Shown: one piece after another, positions 26,317 to 36,122 of the stretch
Position numbering within the stretch: the first letter of the stretch is position 1
Layout: each line of letters starts with the position of its first letter
Assembly: GCA_041641835.1 (NCBI GenBank)
Contig: JBEPXQ010000001.1
Span: 1 to 39,384 of the forward strand
DNA from: Bacteroidales bacterium
GTDB taxonomy: Bacteria > Bacteroidota > Bacteroidia > Bacteroidales > PWNQ01
DNA: 39,384 bases
Direction of reading: 5' to 3'
Made by a program: the position numbers and the translations under genes
Notes under the pieces: model-generated
Told to the model about the DNA's origin: nothing
The model's input: the letters and a program-made list of their open reading frames with translations, nothing else
Database searches by the model: none

Positions 26317-28926
26317 ATGCCGGATAAATCTAAACGGTCTGCATGGATAAAACTAATGATCATACTAATGATCCTTGTTCTTGCTTTTGCAGGTGCCGGA
26401 CTGTTTATGAAATATCATTACAAGGATATTGTGGAAAGCAAGATCAAAACGGAGCTGAATAACAGGATTATACCTGACATTTATACCAATATCGACTTTA
26501 CTGTTTTTAAAACCTTTCCTGATGCTTCCGTTGTTTTTTATAACACTACGATTGCAGATCCGCTGAGGAAAGACTCCGTTTTGTTAGAAGCTGAAAAGAT
26601 CTACTTCAGGTTTAATTTGATTGACCTGATACGTGAGAAGTACCGGCTCAGTCGCATCGACATGATCAACGGAAAGATGAACCTCTATGTGGATGAAAAC
26701 GGCAATGAAAATTTCGATATTATCAGGCAGAAAACCGACTCGGTGAAGGAAGCGCTGAGCCTGGAATTGGAAAAGATTCTACTTAGGAATATCCAGATTA
26801 ACTATGATGATGAAAAGTCGGAAAACTATATTAGTGCTGAAGTAGAAAGAGCAACAGCAAAGGGTAAATTCGGTGACAAAGATTTTGATCTGGAAACCAG
26901 CGGTAACTTCCATCTGAAACAATACAAGCTTGAGGAAAACGTGCTGGCTGAAAATGACAATCTGATTGTTGATCTGGTCATGAATGTCTCTCCTACTGCC
27001 GGAAAATTTGCCCTGAGCAGCGGGCAGATAGAATTCAACTCGGTGCCACTTGAGGTTTCTGGAGCGGTTGATTACCGCAAGGAAACACTTGTGGATGTGA
27101 GGCTGGTGAGCCCTGCACTGGATATGAACAGCATTATGGATGATCTGCCGGATGATATTGCTGATAAATTAAATCCTTATGCATTTGCTGGCGAGCCATT
27201 TATAAACATACACCTCAATGGCGGATATGGTGGAAGTGCAAATCCACATATTGAAGCAAATTTCGGCCTGTCACACGGAAAAGTGGAGCATCGCGAAAGT
27301 GGAATTGAAGCAAGCGCACTTTCCCTTAAAGGATCTTTTACAAACGGAAATGCCAACAATGCAGCAACTTCAATACTTAGAGTACAAGAGCTAAAAGGAG
27401 TTTTTGCCGGGCGGGATTTCACAGGAGAATTCAGCATAAAAAACCTTGACAAACCTGAGATAACACTTTCAGCAAATACTGTTCTGGATCTCCAGAAGAT
27501 TAAGGAATTTGCTTCTCTGGACACGCTCGAAACAGCTACCGGCTCCTTAAAAGTGGATATCGATTTTTCTTTTACTCCGGGAAATATTAACCAGATAACC
27601 GCCAGCGATCTGATGCGTAGCAAAAGCGAGGGTGATATTTACCTGCAGAATGTGGATGTGAAATTAAAAGGCAATAATGCAATATTGCGCAAGGTAAATG
27701 GCCGCCTTTCCTTCAACAGTAGGGATGTGGCCATTCAGAGCCTGGAGGGTAAAATCAACAGGAAGAATGATTTCACTCTTAATGGATTCGCGGAAAACCT
27801 GCTGCCTTTCCTGTTTTTTAAAGATCAGCAACTCAAGATCGTTGCCGATCTGCATTCCGCCTATTTATCGCTTGATGATTTACTGAAGCAGACAGAAGGG
27901 ATGGAAAGCAATGAGAATGGAGAATACAGGCTGGAACTTCCGGCCCATATTTCCTGCATCTTTAATATGGAAATTGATGCACTCGATTTTCGCAGATTTC
28001 ATGGCGAGGAGGTGGCTGGTGAAGCTATACTCAAAAATCAGGTGCTGCACCTAAAAAACCTGCGACTGAAAAGTATGGATGGCAGTATTCTTGCCAAAGG
28101 CACGGTGAATGCAGCCGGAGATCAGGTTAAAGTAACCGGGAATGCCTACTTCAGCAAGGTTAAAATTGATAAGGCTTTTTATCAGCTTGAAAACCTAAAT
28201 CAGGAAGCATTAACTCATGAGCATATATCAGGTTTTTTAACTTCTGAAATGTCCTTTTCTGCTTCATTCACACATGAGCTGAAACCGGTGAGCAAAACAT
28301 TCGCTTTGGAAGCTGCTTTGAAAATTGAGCAGGGAGAGCTGGTTAACTTCGAGCCACTCCGGGACCTTTCTAGATTTCTTAGAGTGGCAGACCTCTCAAA
28401 GATAAAATTTGAAACCCTGGAAAACGATATCAGCATAAAAAATGAAAAGATAACAATACCACGAATGGAGGTGCGGTCCTCGGCAGCAGATTTCAAACTG
28501 GCTGGGCAGCATACATTTAAAAATAATATAGATTACCACCTTGAAGTTCTGCTTTCGGAAATATTATCGCGCAAAGCAAAAAAGAAAACAGAAAACAACG
28601 AATTTGGGCGAATTGAAGATGACGGCCTTGGCAGAACCACCCTTTTCCTGAAGATTTACGGTACAGTAGAAAATCCTAAATTTGCCTATGACACACAGGG
28701 GCTGAAGAAAAAGCTTGAAAAAGACCTGAAGGAGGAAAAGAAAGAGCTCAAGCAGGTGATGCATGATGAGCTGGGTATGTTCAGGGGCGACAGCACGGTT
28801 AAACAAAAGCCTAAAACAGAGCGGCAGCTGGAAAAGGAAAAGAAAAAGCAGGAAAAGGAAGAAGAAGAAAAGCAGCTGGAAGAGCGTGAAAAAGGTAAAT
28901 TTATAATTGAATGGGAGGAAGAATAA
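26317..28926 (+). CDS. AsmA family outer-membrane biogenesis protein with highly charged K/E-rich C-terminal tail
   Basis: 869 aa. N-terminal TM anchor (WIKLMIILMILVLAFAGAGLF), a long beta-rich body, an AsmA-like C-terminal region, and the tail KKELKQ...EKEKKKQEKEEEEKQLEEREKG. Confidence 0.7.
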   Translation: MPDKSKRSAWIKLMIILMILVLAFAGAGLFMKYHYKDIVESKIKTELNNRIIPDIYTNIDFTVFKTFPDASVVFYNTTIADPLRKDSVLLEAEKIYFRFNLIDLIREKYRLSRIDMINGKMNLYVDENGNENFDIIRQKTDSVKEALSLELEKILLRNIQINYDDEKSENYISAEVERATAKGKFGDKDFDLETSGNFHLKQYKLEENVLAENDNLIVDLVMNVSPTAGKFALSSGQIEFNSVPLEVSGAVDYRKETLVDVRLVSPALDMNSIMDDLPDDIADKLNPYAFAGEPFINIHLNGGYGGSANPHIEANFGLSHGKVEHRESGIEASALSLKGSFTNGNANNAATSILRVQELKGVFAGRDFTGEFSIKNLDKPEITLSANTVLDLQKIKEFASLDTLETATGSLKVDIDFSFTPGNINQITASDLMRSKSEGDIYLQNVDVKLKGNNAILRKVNGRLSFNSRDVAIQSLEGKINRKNDFTLNGFAENLLPFLFFKDQQLKIVADLHSAYLSLDDLLKQTEGMESNENGEYRLELPAHISCIFNMEIDALDFRRFHGEEVAGEAILKNQVLHLKNLRLKSMDGSILAKGTVNAAGDQVKVTGNAYFSKVKIDKAFYQLENLNQEALTHEHISGFLTSEMSFSASFTHELKPVSKTFALEAALKIEQGELVNFEPLRDLSRFLRVADLSKIKFETLENDISIKNEKITIPRMEVRSSAADFKLAGQHTFKNNIDYHLEVLLSEILSRKAKKKTENNEFGRIEDDGLGRTTLFLKIYGTVENPKFAYDTQGLKKKLEKDLKEEKKELKQVMHDELGMFRGDSTVKQKPKTERQLEKEKKKQEKEEEEKQLEEREKGKFIIEWEEE

Positions 28927-30429
28927 TTGCGAAAAACCATCTACCGACATAAAAAGCGCTGGAAAATAATACTGTTTATTATCGGGATGATAATTATCGG
29001 TGTTTCGCTATGGTTTACCAACACCCTGGTAAGTAAGATAGCCGAAGAAGAACGTAACCGGGTAAGGATATGGGCTAATGCCATTCAGCGCAAGGCTGAA
29101 TTGGTTAATTATACCGAGAACTTTTTTGAAGAGATCAGAAAAGAGGAACGCTGGCGGGTGGAGATTTGGGCCAAGGCCAACAGGAAACTCATTAACGCCG
29201 GCCCTGAGGAGGATCTTACCTTCTACCTGGATATCATATCAGGAAACACCAATATACCGGTGATACTCACCGACATGAATGACAGCATACAAACTACTGT
29301 CAATGTGAATTTTGATGAGGATACTGTTCAGGTTTTAAGTGGTGAACTAAAGGAGGAATTTACTGCTTATCCGCCCATAAGAGACACTTACGGACAGAAG
29401 ATATTCTTCAAGGAGTCCAGGCTCTATACCAAGCTACGCAATGTTTTGGATGATCTTATTCAGTCATTTTTTAATGATGTGGTGAACAACTATTCCTCCA
29501 CCGCACCGGTTATTATTACCGATTCAGCCAGAACAGAGATCAAAGCCTGGGGAAATATTGACTCTGCCAGGATCAGCGACAGTGCTTATGTACAAAAGCT
29601 CATCAGGGAAATGGAAGCAGAAAATGACCCGATTACCATTGAGCTGGCCGATAAGGGCAAGCAATATATTTTCTACAAAGATTCCTTCCTGCTGGTACAG
29701 CTTCGCTATTACCCGGTAATACAATTCGGTATTATCGGTCTTTTTCTCTTCGTGGCCTATATCCTTTTCAGCATTGCCCGCCGCTCGGAGCAAAACCAGG
29801 TGTGGGTTGGACTGGCAAAAGAAACTGCCCATCAGCTGGGGACTCCCCTTTCGTCGATGATGGCATGGCTGGAACTGCTTAGCGTGAAAGAAGTGGAGCC
29901 TGAAATAGTGGCCGAGCTAAGAAAAGACGTTGAAAGGCTGGACATGATCACTGACAGGTTTTCCAAAATAGGAAGTGAAGCTAAACTGATGCGGCAGGAT
30001 ATTGCCCCTATCATAGAGGACACTATCGAATACATGAAGAAGCGTACATCCAGGAAAATCACATATGAAATCAACCGTCCCCAGGGTAAAGAAATCATGG
30101 CCCCGGTTAATAAGCACTTGTTTACATGGGTGATAGAGAATCTCTCAAAAAATGCTGTCGATGCCATTAGTGGTAATGGTAAGATCACTGTGAATATCAT
30201 GGAAACGAGCACACATGTTCATATCGACCTTTGCGACACAGGTAAGGGCATACCCAAAAATAAATTCAAATCGGTATTTAATCCCGGATACACCAGCAAG
30301 GAGCGTGGCTGGGGCCTTGGTCTTTCCCTGGCGCGGAGGATTATCAATAATTACCACAGAGGGCGTATTTTTGTAAAGAGCTCTGTAGTAGGCAAAGGAA
30401 CCACTTTCAGAATAAGTCTGAGGAAATAA
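28927..30429 (+). CDS. Sensor histidine kinase (two TM, ~230-aa extracytoplasmic domain, HisKA + HATPase_c)
   Basis: H-box ETAHQLGTPLSS. N-box ENLSKNAVDA. G1 DTGKGI. G2 GWGLGLS. Starts at a TTG immediately after the asmA-like TAA; the next in-frame ATG would fall inside TM1. Confidence 0.88.
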   Translation: MRKTIYRHKKRWKIILFIIGMIIIGVSLWFTNTLVSKIAEEERNRVRIWANAIQRKAELVNYTENFFEEIRKEERWRVEIWAKANRKLINAGPEEDLTFYLDIISGNTNIPVILTDMNDSIQTTVNVNFDEDTVQVLSGELKEEFTAYPPIRDTYGQKIFFKESRLYTKLRNVLDDLIQSFFNDVVNNYSSTAPVIITDSARTEIKAWGNIDSARISDSAYVQKLIREMEAENDPITIELADKGKQYIFYKDSFLLVQLRYYPVIQFGIIGLFLFVAYILFSIARRSEQNQVWVGLAKETAHQLGTPLSSMMAWLELLSVKEVEPEIVAELRKDVERLDMITDRFSKIGSEAKLMRQDIAPIIEDTIEYMKKRTSRKITYEINRPQGKEIMAPVNKHLFTWVIENLSKNAVDAISGNGKITVNIMETSTHVHIDLCDTGKGIPKNKFKSVFNPGYTSKERGWGLGLSLARRIINNYHRGRIFVKSSVVGKGTTFRISLRK

Positions 30430-30431
30430 TT

Positions 30432-31502
30432 ATGAGGCGACCTGTAGTTTTGATAGATGAAGCCAAAGCCAGGAACAACATCCGGGCGATGACTGCTAAA
30501 GCGGCAAAACATGCTCTGAAACTACGCCCGCACTTCAAAACACATCAGTCTGCTGAAATCGGCAACTGGATCAGGGAGGAAGGAGTGGATAGCTGTGCGG
30601 TGTCTTCACTGCATATGGCCGAATACTTTGCTTTTCATGGCTGGAAGGATATTATGATTGCCTTTCCTTTTTTGCCTTCACAGGTGGAAGATTATCAAAA
30701 GCTTGCTGAAAAAGTGCAGCTTCATCTCTTTGTGTCATCACCGGGTACGGTTAGGCATCTGACAAAATTAAATGTTCCTGTAAAACTGATGGTTGAACTC
30801 GATACAGGAAACCACCGATCCGGGATTTGCTATACTCAGGATGAGACCATTAATAAGGTGGTAGAGGAGATCAATGCTTCACCGAATTTGGAGTTTGAGG
30901 GGTTTGCCGTGCATGCGGGCGAAACCTATCAGGCTAAAGGAAAAAAGGAAGTACTTGAGATTCATAATTTCAATCTGGATATTTTCAGAAATATCAGAAA
31001 ACAATATCCTCTTGCGATGATTTCTTACGGCGATACACCCTCAGCGGTGCTGGCCGAGGAGTTCGGTGAGGTAAATGAATTGCGCCCCGGGAATTTCGTT
31101 TTCTTCGACCTGATGCAGCACAGCATCGGCGCCTGCAACACTGCTGATATTGCCATGCAGGTGAAATGTGAAGTAGCTGATGTTAAGCCCACACTTTCGC
31201 AGATAGTCGTTCACTGCGGAGCAGTACATCTGTCGAAAGAGTATCTGTTGAATAATGAAGGCGAAAAAATTTTCGGAATAATTGCTGATCCGGGAAATCA
31301 AGACCTGGTAAAGGCCGGGGCACAGGTGGTCTCTTTATCACAGGAACACGGAATTATCAGAATAGAAGAAAATGATCTGAAAAAAATATCTACAGGTGAC
31401 TTCATAAGCATATATCCGGTGCATTCATGCCTGGTGGCGGATATGGCTGTTTCATATTCAGAGAAAAACAGTGGCAGCTTAATCCGGAAAATGAAATATT
31501 GA
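30432..31502 (+). CDS. D-TA family PLP enzyme (alanine racemase-fold; D-serine dehydratase/D-threonine aldolase-like)
   Basis: LRPHFKTHQS (PLP-lysine context), fold-type III pattern, and a C-terminal beta domain with SQEHG and YPVHSC. Confidence 0.7.
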   Translation: MRRPVVLIDEAKARNNIRAMTAKAAKHALKLRPHFKTHQSAEIGNWIREEGVDSCAVSSLHMAEYFAFHGWKDIMIAFPFLPSQVEDYQKLAEKVQLHLFVSSPGTVRHLTKLNVPVKLMVELDTGNHRSGICYTQDETINKVVEEINASPNLEFEGFAVHAGETYQAKGKKEVLEIHNFNLDIFRNIRKQYPLAMISYGDTPSAVLAEEFGEVNELRPGNFVFFDLMQHSIGACNTADIAMQVKCEVADVKPTLSQIVVHCGAVHLSKEYLLNNEGEKIFGIIADPGNQDLVKAGAQVVSLSQEHGIIRIEENDLKKISTGDFISIYPVHSCLVADMAVSYSEKNSGSLIRKMKY

Positions 31503-31504
31503 TT

Positions 31505-32635
31505 ATGGCCGGCATTTATATTCACATACCTTTTTGCAGACACAAATGCTCATACTGCAACTTTTTCTCCATAGCATCAGCAAAACAGCGCGATGAAATT
31601 ACAGATGCAATTATCAAAGAAGCAATATCGCGGCAGGACTATACTTCTGAAAAAGTGGAGACCATATATTTCGGAGGAGGCACCCCTTCCCTCCTACCTG
31701 CACAAGGAGTGGAAAAGATCCTTAACAGCCTTTACAAAAACTTCAGAATTCAAAAAGATGCAGAAATAACTTTTGAAGCCAATCCCGATGATCTGAATAA
31801 AGAATACCTCACCGCATTAAAAGTAGCCGGGATAAACAGGATAAGTACAGGAATACAATCCTTTTCATCTGAAGACCTCCGGTATCTGGAACGAACACAT
31901 CAAGCTGAGCGGATTCCCTATCTGCTACATGATATTTCTGAGGCAGGATTCAGCAACATCAGTGCTGACCTTATTTTTGGCATTCCGGGGCAAACTATGG
32001 CCGTGCTTGAACAGAACATTAGTCAGCTACTGCAGTTTCCGGTGAATCACATTTCGGCTTATGCCCTTACCGTGGAGCCTCGTACGGCCCTGGCTCATCA
32101 GATAAAGAAAAACAAAAAAGAAAACATTTCTGATTCTGCTGTCTCTGAACACTTTTTAAAGGTTTCAGAGGTTTTACGAAATGAAGGATGGGAACATTAT
32201 GAGATATCCAACTACTCATTAAATGGCAGCTATTCCAGGCACAATACGAGTTATTGGTTTCAGAGGCCTTACCTGGGCCTGGGTCCGTCTGCACACTCTT
32301 TTAACGGAGACTCCCGGCAATGGAATGTCAGTTCGGTGGCACGATATCTTGACGGAACACATCATGGAAATGTTCCGGTGGAAAAGGAAATCCTTAGCAG
32401 GGAACAAAAGTTCAACGAGCTGATTATGCTCAGGCTTCGTACCCGCTGGGGGATTGACATGCAGGAGGTAGCAAAGCAATTTGGGCAATACTGGCATAAT
32501 GATTTGTTGAAGGCCTTCCGGCAGATTAAGCGGCCGGATTTGATAAAACTCGAAAACAACAGGATAATGCTCAGCTATGAAGGATATTTATATGCTGATG
32601 GTCTTGCTTCAGAACTGTTCCGGGATGAATTATAG
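31505..32635 (+). CDS. hemW: Radical SAM heme chaperone HemW (oxygen-independent coproporphyrinogen oxidase-like)
   Basis: IYIHIPFCRHKCSYCNF radical-SAM CxxxCxxC. YFGGGTPS. HemN_C-like C-terminus. Start set to the ATG at 31505 (MAGIYIHIPFC), not the 26-codon extension that overlaps the previous gene. Confidence 0.9.
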   Translation: MAGIYIHIPFCRHKCSYCNFFSIASAKQRDEITDAIIKEAISRQDYTSEKVETIYFGGGTPSLLPAQGVEKILNSLYKNFRIQKDAEITFEANPDDLNKEYLTALKVAGINRISTGIQSFSSEDLRYLERTHQAERIPYLLHDISEAGFSNISADLIFGIPGQTMAVLEQNISQLLQFPVNHISAYALTVEPRTALAHQIKKNKKENISDSAVSEHFLKVSEVLRNEGWEHYEISNYSLNGSYSRHNTSYWFQRPYLGLGPSAHSFNGDSRQWNVSSVARYLDGTHHGNVPVEKEILSREQKFNELIMLRLRTRWGIDMQEVAKQFGQYWHNDLLKAFRQIKRPDLIKLENNRIMLSYEGYLYADGLASELFRDEL

Positions 32636-33718
32636 GCTGTCTGCCTTATCAGGTGGGATACTTACCCTCATATAAACCGGCTGATGGTCGGAATAGCGGA
32701 ACTGCATGTCGTGAGTTATTACAGTATCTACGTTCAGGTTCGGGCTCACGATATAATAATCGATGATGGTGGCAGTGTTTTCTCCTTTAATGAATGCTTG
32801 CTTATTACTCCGGTTGGTGGGCACCCTTGAATCCCAGGCCCATTGCCATCCCCCTGGGAATGCTGTTTCTTTGAGGCGGGGCTTAACTTCAGTAAGATTA
32901 TAATCCAAAGGGTCATTCCCGGTATCAAATCCTGGCGGATTCTGATTCCAGTCGCCACCGGCAACCACATAATGGCCTTTCTCATATTCGCTAAGCATAT
33001 CCCGCTTGATGGTAAGGAATTCAGTTTCACGAAGCTGGCCGTTATCAAATGCCGAATTGTGGGTGTTGTAAACTACCAGCTTTTTATTGTTTTCCAGATG
33101 ATAAACGGCTTTTAAGTAAACCCTGTCAAGCATAAATAAACGATAGGGCCATGAATATGAGGAAGGGTAATATATCTTTTCAACTTTATACGGTGATGTT
33201 CTGCACAGAAGCTGGATGCCGCTTTTTACTTTGCCCATGGGCTGTGTAAAAGGCATGGGAACGAACTTGACATGATAATTCACCGCGAAATAGCTTTCAT
33301 ATTCTGGCAGAAGTTTTTCAATGCGGAATTTTTCATTGTTGAAATAGCTTCTGCGTGAATTTATATCCACTTCCTGCAACAGATAGAAATCAACCGGGGG
33401 CAGAGATTTTATCTTTCTGTATATACCACCAATGTAATTTTTAAATTCTTTAGCTTCAGGCCTTACCCTTTCTCCGCCATCATAAAAGAAATCCATTTGC
33501 TTTCCAAGCCCACCATAGCCGATATTCCAGCTAATAAAGTCGAAGCTTTTCTGGTCAAATCCGGGCATTTCCGTTTCTGCAGGATGTTTAAGAATAGTTT
33601 CTCCTTCTGGAGCAAATTCATTGATCTGAGCATGAATAATTATTCCTGCAAGAGCCACAACTATGATGATGACTATAGCCGTCAGAATCCGGATGCTAAT
33701 CTTTAAAGCGGAGGGCAT
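32630..33718 (-). CDS. Membrane-anchored endonuclease/exonuclease/phosphatase (EEP) family protein
   Basis: N-terminal TM (ILTAIVIIIVVALAGIIIHA). EEP motifs SWNIGYG, LLQEVD, GDWN and the C-terminal SDHQPV. Confidence 0.75.
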   Translation of the reverse strand: MPSALKISIRILTAIVIIIVVALAGIIIHAQINEFAPEGETILKHPAETEMPGFDQKSFDFISWNIGYGGLGKQMDFFYDGGERVRPEAKEFKNYIGGIYRKIKSLPPVDFYLLQEVDINSRRSYFNNEKFRIEKLLPEYESYFAVNYHVKFVPMPFTQPMGKVKSGIQLLCRTSPYKVEKIYYPSSYSWPYRLFMLDRVYLKAVYHLENNKKLVVYNTHNSAFDNGQLRETEFLTIKRDMLSEYEKGHYVVAGGDWNQNPPGFDTGNDPLDYNLTEVKPRLKETAFPGGWQWAWDSRVPTNRSNKQAFIKGENTATIIDYYIVSPNLNVDTVITHDMQFRYSDHQPVYMRVSIPPDKADSL

Positions 33719-33865
33719 ATTTCTTTTTTCAGTAAAAATAGAAATCCATTCCCATATGGCAAGATTAAAAAATGATTAATAGCAAAAGAAAGGACATTAC
33801 CTTAACACTGGTGTAGAAGAACTCATGGATTTAGCCTGTGGTCAAATGTTCTGGGATAATTTTTA

Positions 33866-33873
33866 TATTTTTG
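33866..33873 (+). promoter_or_regulatory. -7 promoter box (TATTTTTG) for the GH3-family gene
   Basis: TAnnTTTG match 24 nt upstream of the ATG at 33898. It lies inside the GTG-initiated extension of the ORF track. Confidence 0.4.
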
Positions 33874-33897
33874 GCAGTCAAAATAATGATCAAAGCC

Positions 33898-35439
33898 ATG
33901 CCGATATTAGGATCAATAATAAAGAGAGCAATTGAGCTGAAGGGTAAGACACCCTGGGATAATAACCGTAGCTTAAACGGAACCACGGCGCAAACGAAAG
34001 TGCTGAGGAAATTGCTCAAAAAAGCACAAAATACTGCTTTTGGTGATCACTACCAGTTTGATAAAATTCTGAACAGTCCTGATATAGTTAAATCGTTTAA
34101 GAGTACCGTTCCCACATTTGATTATTCATCCATGCACAAGGAGTGGTGGTACAGATCGTTAAACGGGGAGCCCTATGTTAGCTGGCCACAGAAAACAAGA
34201 TACTTTGCACTTAGCTCGGGTACTTCAGATGCATCCAGTAAATACATCCCGGTTACCAGTGATATGCTGAAAGCTATTAAGAAAACAAGCACCAGGCAGA
34301 TATTTACACTGGCGAGATATAATTTCCCGAAACACTTTTATGAGAAAGGGATTCTGATGCTGGGTGGCAGTACGCACCTAAATTATAACGGAACCTATTA
34401 CGAAGGCGACCTTTCGGGAATAACGGCAGGGAATATTCCCTTCTGGTTTCAGCATTTTTATAAGCCAGGAAAGCGAATAGCAAGGGAAAGAGAATGGGAA
34501 AACAAGCTGGAAGAGATCATTAAAAATGCTCCTAAATGGGACATTGGAATTATAGTTGGGGTTCCGGCCTGGCTTCAGATTCTGATGCAGCGGATAATCG
34601 AACGCTACAACCTGGATAATATCCATGACATCTGGCCAAATCTGAATATTTATGTGCATGGAGGAGTATCATTCGGGCCCTATGTAAAAGGATTTGAAAA
34701 ACTGCTGGGCAGGCCCATAACCTACATAGAAACATATCTGGCCTCTGAAGGATTTATTGCTTACCAGGACCGCCCCGGCAGTAACGGGGGCATGCACATG
34801 GTTATTGACAACGGGCTCTTTTTTGAATTTGTGCCGTTTAATGATCAGAATTTTGATGAAAATGGCGTGTTGGTCAACAGGTATCCTGAAACTTATACGA
34901 TTGATCAGGTAGAAGAAGGCAAAGAATATGCGCTGTTGCTGACCACCTGCTCAGGAGCCTATCGCTACCTCATAGGCGATATGATCAGGTTTACTGACAA
35001 AAGCCGCTATGAAATCGTGATAACCGGCCGCACGAAGCATTTTCTGAATCTGTGCGGCGAACATATGTCACAAGATAACATGAACAGAGCCGTGGAGCTT
35101 ACTGAACAGGACCTGAATGTGAGCATACCTGAATTTACAGTTGCAGGAATAGAATATGATAATATGTTTGCCCATAAATGGTATATTGGAGCTGCTGATC
35201 AGGTTGATCCTCAAAAGGTGAAGGACTCTATTGATCAACATCTCAAGCATCTCAATGATGATTACAGGGTGGAGAGAATAGCGGCTATCAAAGATATTTT
35301 TGTGGAAGTAATGCCTGATGATTACTTTTACGATTGGTTAAAAAAGCACGGGAAGGTTGGCGGGCAGCACAAGTTTCCGCGAGTGCTTAAAGGAAACCAG
35401 CTAAAAGATTGGGAAGAATTCATCGCGAGTAAAAAATAA
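33898..35439 (+). CDS. GH3 (auxin-responsive promoter family) acyl-adenylate-forming enzyme homolog
   Basis: Typical bacterial GH3 N-terminal region (QTKVLRKLLKKAQNTAFGDHYQFDKI, VPTFDYSS). Adenylation P-loop-like YFALSSGTSDASSKYIPVT. The start could also be the ATG at 33886. Confidence 0.8.
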   Translation: MPILGSIIKRAIELKGKTPWDNNRSLNGTTAQTKVLRKLLKKAQNTAFGDHYQFDKILNSPDIVKSFKSTVPTFDYSSMHKEWWYRSLNGEPYVSWPQKTRYFALSSGTSDASSKYIPVTSDMLKAIKKTSTRQIFTLARYNFPKHFYEKGILMLGGSTHLNYNGTYYEGDLSGITAGNIPFWFQHFYKPGKRIAREREWENKLEEIIKNAPKWDIGIIVGVPAWLQILMQRIIERYNLDNIHDIWPNLNIYVHGGVSFGPYVKGFEKLLGRPITYIETYLASEGFIAYQDRPGSNGGMHMVIDNGLFFEFVPFNDQNFDENGVLVNRYPETYTIDQVEEGKEYALLLTTCSGAYRYLIGDMIRFTDKSRYEIVITGRTKHFLNLCGEHMSQDNMNRAVELTEQDLNVSIPEFTVAGIEYDNMFAHKWYIGAADQVDPQKVKDSIDQHLKHLNDDYRVERIAAIKDIFVEVMPDDYFYDWLKKHGKVGGQHKFPRVLKGNQLKDWEEFIASKK

Positions 35440-35461
35440 AAGAATTAATTTACCCGGAATT

Positions 35462-36112
35462 ATGAACCCATTCCTGCAGGGAACCATATTTGGCTTGATG
35501 ATCGCTATATCATTGGGCCCTGCCTTTTTCTCACTATTGCAAACAAGCGTTAGTTACGGGTTTAAGGCAGGACTATTTATGGCGATTGGTATTACTGTCA
35601 GTGATATTTCACTGATACTCTTGAGCTATATGGGCATTTCCAAGCTGATAAATAACCCGGATAATCAACTTGTGGTAGGGATAGTTGGTGGGCTGATTCT
35701 GCTGATTTTCGGACTTGTAACCTTTACACGCAAGCCTGTGAGTAATATGAGCAGCGGGCAGCAACAAAAACCTGATGTGCCCGTGGCAAAAGGCTACAAC
35801 CCTTTTACTTTTGGGATCAAAGGGTTCTTTTTGAACATTGCAAATCCTTTTCTAATTATATTCTGGATGGGTATAATGAGTTATGTGAGTGCTAACTACG
35901 GACTGGAGACACAAACTGTTATTACCTTTTTTTCAGGTACGATAGTTACGGTTTTTGGAACGGATTTGATTAAAAGCTTCGTAGGCAATAAAATAAAGAA
36001 ATACCTTAACGATAAAGTATTGACCTGGTTCAACAGAATTGTTGGAATCATTCTTATGGCTTCAGGTGTTATTTTAATATCCAGGGTGGTTTACGAAATT
36101 TATCCGTGGTAA
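35462..36112 (+). CDS. LysE/RhtB family amino-acid efflux translocator
   Basis: 216 aa, 6 TM. N-terminal GLMIAISLGPAFF pattern typical of LysE-type proteins. Confidence 0.75.
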   Translation: MNPFLQGTIFGLMIAISLGPAFFSLLQTSVSYGFKAGLFMAIGITVSDISLILLSYMGISKLINNPDNQLVVGIVGGLILLIFGLVTFTRKPVSNMSSGQQQKPDVPVAKGYNPFTFGIKGFFLNIANPFLIIFWMGIMSYVSANYGLETQTVITFFSGTIVTVFGTDLIKSFVGNKIKKYLNDKVLTWFNRIVGIILMASGVILISRVVYEIYPW

Positions 36113-36122
36113 AATATTATTT

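Noticed and set aside
28564-28950. 128-aa and 84-aa Phe/Leu/Ser-rich ORFs antisense to the 3' end of the asmA-like gene.
   Set aside because: They are the reverse-complement image of the K/E-rich (AAG/GAA repeat) tail and are a low-complexity artefact.
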